From Candidatus Thorarchaeota archaeon (GTDB lineage Archaea; Asgardarchaeota; Thorarchaeia; Thorarchaeales; Thorarchaeaceae), in contig JAWOEX010000034.1 of NCBI GenBank assembly GCA_046482545.1, positions 1-11,801 on the forward strand: DNA of 11,801 nucleotides, in the 5' to 3' direction. The translations under genes and the position numbers were made by a program. Below are positions 1-7,724 of the stretch, piece after piece. The notes beneath the pieces are model-generated. The model was not told the DNA's origin. It did not search any database and worked only from the letters and a program-made list of their open reading frames with translations. Positions within the stretch are counted from its first letter, which is position 1. Each line of letters starts with the position of its first letter.

Positions 1-1091
1 ACAATTGCGAATTCATCGCATACACCTTCCCAACCACGGTCTCTGGAATATTTGTCCGCATTGGTTGTATAAAGTGTGTATGAATCATCAACAGGGGTCA
101 TCAGGTTATTTACACCTCCATTTAGGAATCGACCCACATCAGGAGGGAAAAAGTAATCGAAGTCATCGATGATTATTGCAGCTTGATAGTAGATACCGTA
201 GTATTCGGGATGATAAAGTCTTCTGAATGTGGGGATATTGAAGCCGTCATCGGACATCCCTTCCCAATAATAATCAGGATTGTTTGATGCTGTAGTCATG
301 TCATCCGACGGAGGTAACAGGTTATTCCAATCACCCGCACCGTATCTCTGCATATTGGTATAACCAGTGTTATCAGTGTAGGAGATGTAATCACTTGACC
401 CCGCAATTTCAATCCCAACATCAGATGAATACGGAGTTATTCCGCCGTCATCATAGTAAGCATTGCCGTATACTTCTGCTTCTGCTTCCTTGAGGCCGAT
501 AGATGTTTGGGGAATCGTAACTGTAAGAATTTCTATATTGTGGTAGTCTGTTAGATGCACCGATTTGCTATCACAAATCTCTTGATCCTGCGTGTTTGGC
601 TCATCATAGCTTGTAAAAGCCAAAGTGAAATACGCAGAATAGTAACCAACCAAGTATATATCATATTGAATGTCAATCGTCTCGGTTCTGCTCCAGACGG
701 AGGGTATGGTCACTACTATATCGACACTACGGTATGATGTCGTAGTCTGGGTGGATTCTAGCTCCGCATGACCTCTTTGCACTCGTTCGGTTATCTCACC
801 ATGGGAGTAATGAATCTCTTTGAACTCGAGTCGTGGCGGAACAGATTGCTCCAAATAGGAAATATCCTCAACATTCGTCAAAACCGAGCATCGATCACCT
901 GTACGGTTGATTACATACGGCATGCTAGTGTTCAAAGAGCTGCTCAACTGCTGTTGCTGATTTCCCCTTGTTTCTAGAGGAGGAATAGGCTCCAAACCAT
1001 AATCAGTATCTCCGACCATTAACAGGGGAAAGAGGATAATTATGGCCATTACAACTGAAATAATCTCATTTTTGTTCAATACGAAACTCAT
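1..1091 (-). CDS. Secreted/surface protein of unknown function, 3'-truncated by the window edge (at least 363 aa)
   Basis: Absent from the ORF track because it has no stop codon in the window. Manual translation from ATG at 1091-1089 stays open to position 1 (MSFVLNKNEIISVVMAIIILFPLLMVGDTDYG...DRGWEGVCDEFAI). It has a hydrophobic N-terminal signal-like segment and a Y/D/T/S-rich body. An alternative TTG start lies four codons downstream. Confidence 0.85.
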   Translation of the reverse strand, partial: MSFVLNKNEIISVVMAIIILFPLLMVGDTDYGLEPIPPLETRGNQQQQLSSSLNTSMPYVINRTGDRCSVLTNVEDISYLEQSVPPRLEFKEIHYSHGEITERVQRGHAELESTQTTTSYRSVDIVVTIPSVWSRTETIDIQYDIYLVGYYSAYFTLAFTSYDEPNTQDQEICDSKSVHLTDYHNIEILTVTIPQTSIGLKEAEAEVYGNAYYDDGGITPYSSDVGIEIAGSSDYISYTDNTGYTNMQRYGAGDWNNLLPPSDDMTTASNNPDYYWEGMSDDGFNIPTFRRLYHPEYYGIYYQAAIIIDDFDYFFPPDVGRFLNGGVNNLMTPVDDSYTLYTTNADKYSRDRGWEGVCDEFAI

Positions 1092-1440
1092 CTCTACCAA
1101 ACTGTGTAGGACACTAGATTTAGATAATATAAGGCCTCCAAGGTCGCGCTAGAAGCCGCCAAGAGCCCCAATCTAAGCCATTTCTGAATCCAAGGAAGAA
1201 ACAACTTGGAAAAAGACCAAATACTGCAAAGTCTAATCTAAACATTCGGACAATAATTCATAATGGATAATGCGACAGGGAAGTACCAGAAAAGGCGAAT
1301 TGGTAGTGAAGACAATAGCCATGTACCGAACATGGTTTTACCGTTCCACAAAGCACAGCTATGAAGGTTTCTAAAGTGAAAATCAAGATAGAGCTCAATC
1401 TATTGTTTATGGGCCCTTCAATACGAAGAACAATTGAGAA

Positions 1441-1544
1441 ATGCTGAGGATGGAGGTACAGTTTCTTGAGGTTCTGCTCAAATCTTGACAACTCTAGGTG
1501 CAGCACGAGTCATACTTTCGGTCCGCTCGCCTCGTAGAATAATA
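1441..1544. repeat. Dispersed structured repeat, copy 1 (core 1441-1509 plus right arm)
   Basis: ATGCTGAGGATGGAGGTACAGTTTCTTGAGGTTCTGCTCAAATCTTGACAACTCTAGGTGCAGCACGAG followed by TCATACTTTCGGTCCGCTCGCCTCG. 1441-1532 matches 7060-7151 at 90/92 positions. Confidence 0.97.
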
Positions 1545-1556
1545 TTGGACTCATTC

Positions 1557-2603
1557 TCATTCGGAGGGTCTAACCTCAGTATCACGATCGGTAAGTCGAG
1601 TAGCGGTAGCTTGAATCCTTTGTCTCCAACACTCTTGAAGTGCCATCTGAGCTTCTACCGGGCGTCCGCTTCTCTTCAGTGCATGGTAAATCATGGTATA
1701 TACGGATGGTTGCCTATACCCTAGCTCGATACTTCGCCGGCTTCGTTTCACAGCTTCGTCCCACTGTTGCTTGAGCATAGCCACCTCTGCCAGGTGAAAC
1801 CAGGTCTTTCCCTCATGTTCAGCCACTGGAAAAGCCATTTTCAGCAGCGTGTCAGCCTCGTCGATCAGTAATGCTTCATCTTCGGGGGTATCTGTTGATT
1901 TCACTTTACGAAGAAGCACGTCAGCGAGGCAGATAATTGCTGTATGCCAATCTGGTCGGACAGCTACCGCTTTCCTCAGATAGTCTTCTGCCTCATCATA
2001 TCTCTTCGCTTCAGCAAGAAACCGTCCATAATCCAACAGGGGCATTATTTCCCCAGGTGCTAGATTTAGTGCCTGAAGAAAAGATTCCTCTGCTTCTTCA
2101 GCTTTCTGTAGGTTCGTAAAACAGATTCCAAGATGACGATGGATTTCCGCATCCCGTATGCCAGAATCGTGAGCAGTTTGCAGAGATTCCAGAGCCTCAT
2201 GGTACTCTTCCTTGTGACACAGAATGACTCCGAGACGATACCATAGATCGGGCATTGTGTCATCTTGCTTGAGAGCTCTCCGAATCAGTATCTCTGCTTC
2301 TTCAAGCTTGTTCATATCTGTCAGCATCATAGCCAGATTATGAAGAGTAGGTACGTGATCAGGGTTTATCTTCAGCGCCCTCAACAACGCCCTAACAGAT
2401 TCTTCTTCCTCATCTGATTGCATATAGCACAGGGCGATTTTGCCCCATGTGTCCTCGCACGGGACTGTTATTTCCATGGCCTCTAGGAAGCAATCTATTG
2501 CCAAACGGAACTCAGAATTGGCCATGTGCTTCTCTCCCTTCTCGCACAGCTCGAGATACCGAATCAAAATCTCACGCGGTAGATCATCTATATCGGTCGT
2601 CAT
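1557..2603 (-). CDS. Tetratricopeptide repeat (TPR) protein
   Basis: 348-aa ORF with repeated ~34-aa helical TPR motifs (TWGKIALCY...ALKINPDH, TLHNLAMML...ALKQDD, LWYRLGVIL, IHRHLGICF...ALNLAPG, LLDYGRFL...AVAVRPDW). Confidence 0.92.
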   Translation of the reverse strand: MTTDIDDLPREILIRYLELCEKGEKHMANSEFRLAIDCFLEAMEITVPCEDTWGKIALCYMQSDEEEESVRALLRALKINPDHVPTLHNLAMMLTDMNKLEEAEILIRRALKQDDTMPDLWYRLGVILCHKEEYHEALESLQTAHDSGIRDAEIHRHLGICFTNLQKAEEAEESFLQALNLAPGEIMPLLDYGRFLAEAKRYDEAEDYLRKAVAVRPDWHTAIICLADVLLRKVKSTDTPEDEALLIDEADTLLKMAFPVAEHEGKTWFHLAEVAMLKQQWDEAVKRSRRSIELGYRQPSVYTMIYHALKRSGRPVEAQMALQECWRQRIQATATRLTDRDTEVRPSE

Positions 2604-2912
2604 TCAGCTCACCACGGCTATTCGTCTGTGATTTTCTTTCCTAGAGCAATAGATAAGGTTCTAGCAAAATGAGGAAGCCTCAAAGATGGCAAACTGTCGC
2701 TTTGTTCCTCGTTGATGATATACAAAGAAATTGAGGCCGATGAAACTGTGTTTCTTTGCAAATCGCAATGGAAAGAATGAGCTATACTGATGAAACATGG
2801 CTACTCTTGGAAGAACTACCCACATACGTCATCTCAACTGTTCCGTCGAATGTTCCATTGTCAAATCATGATGCCGTTCTTGAAGTGGTGTCGGGTAGCT
2901 CCCCAAAACCTT

Positions 2913-3623
2913 CTACTCATCAGCACTTGTAGTAGATTCGGATTTGGATACTGTTTTGTAGCTGATAGGTATGAAGAAAACTGGCATGAGTCCAATATAG
3001 GCAATCGAGCTGACCGTGTTTGCGAGGGGAATCCAGTCAACACCGCCAAGCCCAGGAAACAGAGAGGTACTACCGATTACGGCAACAATGAGGGCTCCAA
3101 GACCACCTAGAAAAGCTAGAATATAACCTGAAACCATTATTCTGTCCGGTTCTTCACCGGTTATCCCCGTCAGTCCTGAAAAGAACAGGGATAGAACAAT
3201 AAGAAATGAGGCTTGGCTCCAGAGAATCCCCACAGTTGCCAACTGTTCAGGTTCAAGCCACAGCGCACCAGAATGCCCAGATTTTAGGAGAAATGGACCA
3301 TAAAGAAGAGCCCACCATTCTGTCATAAGAGTTGCGGCTAAGGCTGTAACTCCCGCAAGTGTCATGGTCAATCGGGTCGATGTTTCCTCGTATAGCGATG
3401 CAGAAGCAAATAGGCCAGCAACCATCAAAGGGAGTGCAGCTACAGAGAGATAACCAATCCAAGCGATAGCCCCAAGTGGCCAATACAAGAATTCAAGGCC
3501 GGGATAATTACTAGTTCTGCCCGACTTTAGCATTACTATCGATATGAAGACTTTGACCAAAGCCAACAAGCAACCTAGCACTCCCACTGCTTTTACTTTG
3601 TTCAATGTGTCACTCAGTACCAA
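2913..3623 (-). CDS. Multi-pass membrane protein of unknown function (paralog A)
   Basis: 236-aa ORF with about six hydrophobic segments. TTG start is preceded by GGAGGT, but the spacing is short, so the exact start is uncertain. Shares motifs with 10938-11663 (TLNKV..GV.G, GY.L...GGL.A.I, YIGL...F..PI). Confidence 0.85.
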   Translation of the reverse strand: MVLSDTLNKVKAVGVLGCLLALVKVFISIVMLKSGRTSNYPGLEFLYWPLGAIAWIGYLSVAALPLMVAGLFASASLYEETSTRLTMTLAGVTALAATLMTEWWALLYGPFLLKSGHSGALWLEPEQLATVGILWSQASFLIVLSLFFSGLTGITGEEPDRIMVSGYILAFLGGLGALIVAVIGSTSLFPGLGGVDWIPLANTVSSIAYIGLMPVFFIPISYKTVSKSESTTSADE

Positions 3624-3709
3624 CTACCTCCTTCAACCATAAGGATAGCATTATTGTTTATTCGGTACATCAATTTCGCCTCATTTGATTTGATTCTGTA
3701 CTGCCCTCT
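3621..3709 (-). promoter_or_regulatory. Conserved 5' leader/promoter region of paralog A, including a GGAGGT ribosome-binding site
   Basis: Aligns with 11661-11744 at 75/84 positions plus one 5-bp ATTTG duplication. Homology ends abruptly after CTGTACTGCCCTCT. Confidence 0.75.
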
Positions 3710-3777
3710 AAGCGTATCTTCCCAGTGTAAAGGAGGAGACCTAACCATTTGACTCCCATTCCTACTATCCTGACATG

Positions 3778-4017
3778 AAAAGGAGCGGCACTATTTGAGA
3801 CTTACTCTCAGAATCGATCCACGAATAGGCATAACTAGGAAAGCAGAACAAGGCCGCCTCCGAAGATTGGCAAGGCGGCATATCAGCTCTTCTTGTTTTG
3901 AAAATGCACTACTAAAATAAAATAGATGCTGAGGATGGAGGTACTGCTTTTCTGAGGTCCACACCAAATCTTGACAACTCTGGGTGCAGCACGAGCTATA
4001 TATTCATTGTAATTCCA
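3778..4017. repeat. Dispersed structured repeat, copy 2 (core 3926-3995, long left arm, short TATAT...TAATTCCA right arm)
   Basis: Core ATGCTGAGGATGGAGGTACTGCTTTTCTGAGGTCCACACCAAATCTTGACAACTCTGGGTGCAGCACGAG. Left arm 3778-3925 aligns with 4611-4754 and in part with about 6984-7059. Confidence 0.93.
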
Positions 4018-4052
4018 ATCATCCAAGAAGGATTTTCATTATTGATTCTGTT

Positions 4053-4565
4053 TCACTGGAGCCAAGTGGGCACATCTTCAGGTGGGGGATATCTTTTGAT
4101 AATGACAAGGCCCACGAGTAAACTCAGGGGAATCGGAATAGTGGGCCAAAACGGAGCACTCGGGGAGGTTAAATAAATGATAAGATAAAACAGGTCATTT
4201 ATCAGAGGGGGGATTAGGACGATGCATCCGGTCGCGAGTGCTTTCTTGACAGATGTTTGCCCCAAATAGAGACGGTATAGCATGTACGCAAATAGAAGCT
4301 GAGGACCGCCTATGATAATGAGGGCTTGGAGTAAAGAGAAGCCAGCAAAGTACAAAGAGAATGAGATACGTGTTGTAGAGTCTGCGTCGTACGCATGGAA
4401 CATCCAACCACCAGCATATATGAATAAGTCGAATGGGCCGCAGTATACCCAACACGGAAGAAGAAGTGCACACAAAGCAACAATGATTCCAGCTTTCGCA
4501 GCAAAATATCTATTCTCTTTCTCCGCTTTCAGTTCCTTATCACTCATTTCCGATCTTACCCTCAC
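4053..4565 (-). CDS. Small multi-pass membrane protein of unknown function
   Basis: 170-aa ORF with a GTG start (or the downstream ATG of MSDKE), 4-5 hydrophobic segments and a Pro-rich C-terminus (PTIPIPLSLLVGLVIIKRYPPP). It is the only gene between repeat copies 2 and 3. Confidence 0.8.
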   Translation of the reverse strand: MRVRSEMSDKELKAEKENRYFAAKAGIIVALCALLLPCWVYCGPFDLFIYAGGWMFHAYDADSTTRISFSLYFAGFSLLQALIIIGGPQLLFAYMLYRLYLGQTSVKKALATGCIVLIPPLINDLFYLIIYLTSPSAPFWPTIPIPLSLLVGLVIIKRYPPPEDVPTWLQ

Positions 4566-4610
4566 TGCACCATCTATTAGATATGTTTCGAAATGATTCG
4601 CGTATAGTGC

Positions 4611-4845
4611 AAAGGAACTCTATTTGAGATTTGCTCTCAGAAGTGAACCATGAAAAAGCAGATAAAAAACAGAATAAAGCTGTCCGCCAAGGATAGTAAA
4701 ACGGAACATCAACTCGTCTTACAAAAGCAATTCTACCCAAAAAAACCAACTGAAATGCTGAGGATGGAGGTACTGTTCCTTGAGGTCTTCACCAAATCTT
4801 GGTAACTCTAGGTACTGCACGAGTATATGATACGCAATAATTCCA
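4611..4845. repeat. Dispersed structured repeat, copy 3 (core 4755-4823, long left arm, short right arm)
   Basis: Core ATGCTGAGGATGGAGGTACTGTTCCTTGAGGTCTTCACCAAATCTTGGTAACTCTAGGTACTGCACGAG. TAATTCCA lies 15 nt after the core, exactly as in copy 2. Confidence 0.93.
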
Positions 4846-4883
4846 TGTTTTAATTCATCTTGATAATTAGTGACATTGATATT

Positions 4884-4895
4884 GGAATTATATGA
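4884..4895 (+). promoter_or_regulatory. Putative archaeal-type BRE/TATA box for the dprA-PRTase pair
   Basis: GGAATTATATGA, with TTATAT at 4888-4893 about 27-32 nt upstream of ATG 4920. That spacing fits a leaderless archaeal transcript. Motif evidence only. Confidence 0.4.
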
Positions 4896-4919
4896 TATAG
4901 AATTGTGTGCTGATGAGAT

Positions 4920-5843
4920 ATGCAAGATGACATCCTCTATTGGCTAGCAAGCACCAAATTACCTGAATTTGCAATCGAAGATGCACTTCTGGTATTGGGA
5001 AAATTTGGGAGTTTGAAGACAGCTTGGAAAGCAGATAAGGAGGTCTTGAAGGGGATTAAGGGAAGCCAAAGACTCTCTAAGGCAATACTGAATCACAAGT
5101 CGCCCAGTATCATTGACGAGTGCAAGGAGATAGTCAACTGGGCGGAGAAAGAGTCGATTCATATAATCCCATATATGTCACAAGATTATCCTCGCCTTCT
5201 TAGAGAGGCTAACAATCCACCTCCAACGCTTTTCGTCAAGGGCGATCCGAAGATAATGCATAATAAGACAATAGCGATGGTAGGAACTCGGGATCCATCA
5301 GAATATGGAAAGTCAGCAAGTCGGAGAATAGCTAGTGAACTTGTCAGATTGGGGTATGTAGTGGTTTCGGGTTTGGCATTTGGTATTGACGAATCTGCTC
5401 ACAAAGGTGTTCTTGATGAAGATGGTCTAACCATAGCGGTACTTGCGAGTAGTGTAGACAATGTCACTCCGAAATCAAATAAAGAGCTTGCTAACAACAT
5501 TCTCCGAGGAGGAGGCTGCCTCGTCTCAGAATATGGCCCAAAGGAGCCTATTAGGCGAGGGAATTTCGTGGAACGTAACAGGATAATAGCCGGCCTCTCA
5601 AATGCCACAATCGTAGTTGAGGGTACAAAGAACAGCGGAACTCGTCATCAAGCTACATATGCAAAGGAAATGGAACGGCCAATATTCGTGGTTGAGCCGG
5701 AGAATCGCGAGATAGAGCAAGCAGAGCTACCACTGATTCTCATTGATGAAGGAGCTATTTCCGTTAGAAGTGGACCAGAAGCCGTGAGAGAGCTTTGGAT
5801 GACAAGATTGGACAAGGGCGAAACGGAGTTGAAAGCTGCTTGA
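4920..5843 (+). CDS. dprA: DNA-processing protein DprA/Smf family
   Basis: Hallmark DprA motifs: YPRLLRE..NPPPTLFVKGD, IAMVGTR..SEYG, VVVSGLAFGIDESAH, GGCLVSEY, FVERNRIIAGLS.ATIVVE...SGT. N-terminal SAM/HhH-like region; no evident C-terminal winged-helix domain. Confidence 0.95.
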   Translation: MQDDILYWLASTKLPEFAIEDALLVLGKFGSLKTAWKADKEVLKGIKGSQRLSKAILNHKSPSIIDECKEIVNWAEKESIHIIPYMSQDYPRLLREANNPPPTLFVKGDPKIMHNKTIAMVGTRDPSEYGKSASRRIASELVRLGYVVVSGLAFGIDESAHKGVLDEDGLTIAVLASSVDNVTPKSNKELANNILRGGGCLVSEYGPKEPIRRGNFVERNRIIAGLSNATIVVEGTKNSGTRHQATYAKEMERPIFVVEPENREIEQAELPLILIDEGAISVRSGPEAVRELWMTRLDKGETELKAA

Positions 5844-5889
5844 TATTATGGCTACTTGTCAATGAACTTCAGGAGGAATTAAAGTAGTA

Positions 5890-6627
5890 ATGGATTATAC
5901 TCTGAAGTATAAAGAGATTAGAATGTCTATTCGTGCGGAGATATCCGATAAGAATGATGGAAGTGTGCTTGTCCTCAGGAATTCGTTTCCAGAAGGGCGC
6001 AGGGAATATGAAATCCTCAGACCGAAGTGCCCAAGATGCTATCATCCAACTGAGAGTTATGGCTCTGGAGATTGTAGAACATGCCGAAGATGGATAGCCT
6101 TACAACGAGCCATAGCTCTGGGAGTGTATATTCCTACTGAATACTGGGATGGAGCACCGCCGAATGATCTTTCTGATGATATCTTTCGTGCTAAGAATGA
6201 GGAGGAGATGGTATACGCAAATCTTCTGGGAGTAGCTCTCAGTCATTATGCCTTAAGACTCCATTCGGTCCTATTAGAATTTGATCGAGTAATTCCTATG
6301 CCGACTGCCAAGAGCTATAATCGAGAGAGAATAATGGCAAGCATTGTTTCACAGATTCTAGATATCAAGTTATTGGATAATGTACTTTACAAGATTCCTG
6401 GCAGACAAATGAAGGGATTGTCCCTTAGTGAAAGACAAGAGAACGCAAGGAAGACGATTCATGCTGAAGGAGGAAAGTCATTGGACGGTGAAACAATTAT
6501 AGTAGTCGACGATGTCCTCACCGCAGGATGTTCTCTTGATCGATGTTCTGTAGAACTCCAGAGAATAGGGGCCGGTAAAGTGGTTGGACTTGTTGCTGGA
6601 AGAACATATCATCCCAGTACCAACTAG
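5890..6627 (+). CDS. ComF/ComFC-like phosphoribosyltransferase-fold protein with zinc ribbon
   Basis: CPRC...CRTC zinc-binding pair, RQMKGLSLSERQEN segment typical of the ComF family, PRPP-binding loop IIVVDDVLTAGCSL and C-terminal GAGKVVGLVAGR. AGGAGG at 5871-5876; starts 46 bp after the dprA stop. Confidence 0.88.
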   Translation: MDYTLKYKEIRMSIRAEISDKNDGSVLVLRNSFPEGRREYEILRPKCPRCYHPTESYGSGDCRTCRRWIALQRAIALGVYIPTEYWDGAPPNDLSDDIFRAKNEEEMVYANLLGVALSHYALRLHSVLLEFDRVIPMPTAKSYNRERIMASIVSQILDIKLLDNVLYKIPGRQMKGLSLSERQENARKTIHAEGGKSLDGETIIVVDDVLTAGCSLDRCSVELQRIGAGKVVGLVAGRTYHPSTN

Positions 6628-6983
6628 TTTGGTTCTTTCTTAGATAGGCATCTATGTATCCTCCATGAAATTATCAAATACAAGTTGTCAGTACATATTT
6701 CTTGAAATATATGTATTTCAGAAGTGTCTTAATCATATATTTGACCGGAACATTATCTCTTGGTTCAGTTCTTACGACCAGTGAATGATGCGCAGAGAAT
6801 TCAGGCCAAAAAGCTGTGTGCATCTAATGTTTCTCCAATTCTTTTTCAATGCATGAGAGGTACTCTGTCAACAATGAATAGATTCTTTCTATAATCATGA
6901 ATAGCGTCATGATAAAGTGAAAAGTCGAGAAGTAGACAATTCCAGAGGGGGCAAAGAGCAATGGATTAGATATGTTGACTAGA

Positions 6984-7163
6984 CCGTTTATTCTGAATGT
7001 TTCTTCAAACGGAAAACCATCTCTTCTGTTCACAAAATTACACTACCAAAACAAAATAGATGCTGAGGATGGAGGTACAGTTTCTTGAGGTTCCGCTCAA
7101 ATCTTGACAACTCTAGGTGCAGCACGAGTCATACTTTCGGTCTGCTCGCCTTGGATACTCGTA
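6984..7163. repeat. Dispersed structured repeat, copy 4 (core 7060-7128 plus both arms)
   Basis: Core and right arm are 90/92 identical to copy 1. The left flank CACTACCAAAACAAAATAG resembles copy 2 (CACTACTAAAATAAAATAG). Confidence 0.97.
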
Positions 7164-7295
7164 AGAGCTCCAACTAATTCGAATCTCGTTGTGTTTACTT
7201 GATGTCTTTTCTCAGCGAACTCAAGCATCTACAAGCTTCAAACCAAGTCCACCGTTATCAGTGTTCCATAGGTCATTCACGGAGACAAGGCTTAG

Positions 7296-7724
7296 TCAAG
7301 TCTGCTCCTGATGAAATGAAGATTCGAGATATGACCGTCCTTCGACTGTTGTTTCTACCCGATATGGGATGTCATGTAATACCATAGCTATGATTGAAGC
7401 AATCAAAAACAAAAGCCCAATTATCAATGGTAGCGAAATCAAATTAACTCGGAAGACATACCAAAGAGAAGATGAAACAAGAAATGAGCTCAAAGCAGCG
7501 CCAAACAGCGAAAAGCGGCGTTCCTGAGCCAATATTCTTAATCCACAGACTTTTCTCTTACAGTCCATGATTTTACGTGAATATAGAGATTCGAATCTCT
7601 CAATCAGATTCAACTTCCGTTCTAATCTCAACTCCGTTCCTTTCAGTAAATTGCATATGGTCTCATTGATTTCATTCTCAAGTGTGTTTTTATCAGGAGA
7701 ATAAAGTAAATCGTCGCTGGCCAT
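7296..7724 (-). CDS. Membrane protein fragment; probable C-terminal part of the split metalloprotease gene
   Basis: 142 aa with two C-terminal hydrophobic helices. Overlaps the upstream ORF by 82 bp. Its frame stays open upstream to the G6 tract at 7736-7741 (...PLLLEMASDD). Confidence 0.6.
   Translation of the reverse strand: MASDDLLYSPDKNTLENEINETICNLLKGTELRLERKLNLIERFESLYSRKIMDCKRKVCGLRILAQERRFSLFGAALSSFLVSSSLWYVFRVNLISLPLIIGLLFLIASIIAMVLHDIPYRVETTVEGRSYLESSFHQEQT

Noticed and set aside
555-977. Two short plus-strand ORFs (555-737, 768-977)
   Set aside because: Antisense shadows of the long minus-strand CDS at 1-1091.
1258-1506. 82-aa ORF, with similar peptides at 4719-4925 and 1485-1724
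   Set aside because: The shared LHPQH peptide is just the translated repeat. Core lengths of 69, 70 and 71 bp break the frame between copies, so the repeat is not coding.
1441-1509. Canonical integron attC site
   Set aside because: No terminal RYYYAAC...GTTRRRY boxes. The GTT/AAC triplets are internal and in the wrong order, and GTT is GTC in copies 2 and 3.
1444-1520. Hammerhead ribozyme
   Set aside because: CTGAGGA (CUGANGA) is on the plus strand, while CGAAA...CTC is on the minus strand. The two core halves never occur on the same strand with the required stems.
1441-1544. SECIS element or tRNA fragment (integration-site duplication)
   Set aside because: No T-loop/CCA tRNA signature and no convincing SECIS core with apical AA. 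Adjacent genes show no evident in-frame Sec UGA context.
6824-7033. 69-aa minus-strand ORF
   Set aside because: It starts within the left arm of repeat copy 4 and has no recognisable motif. At most it is a gene remnant.
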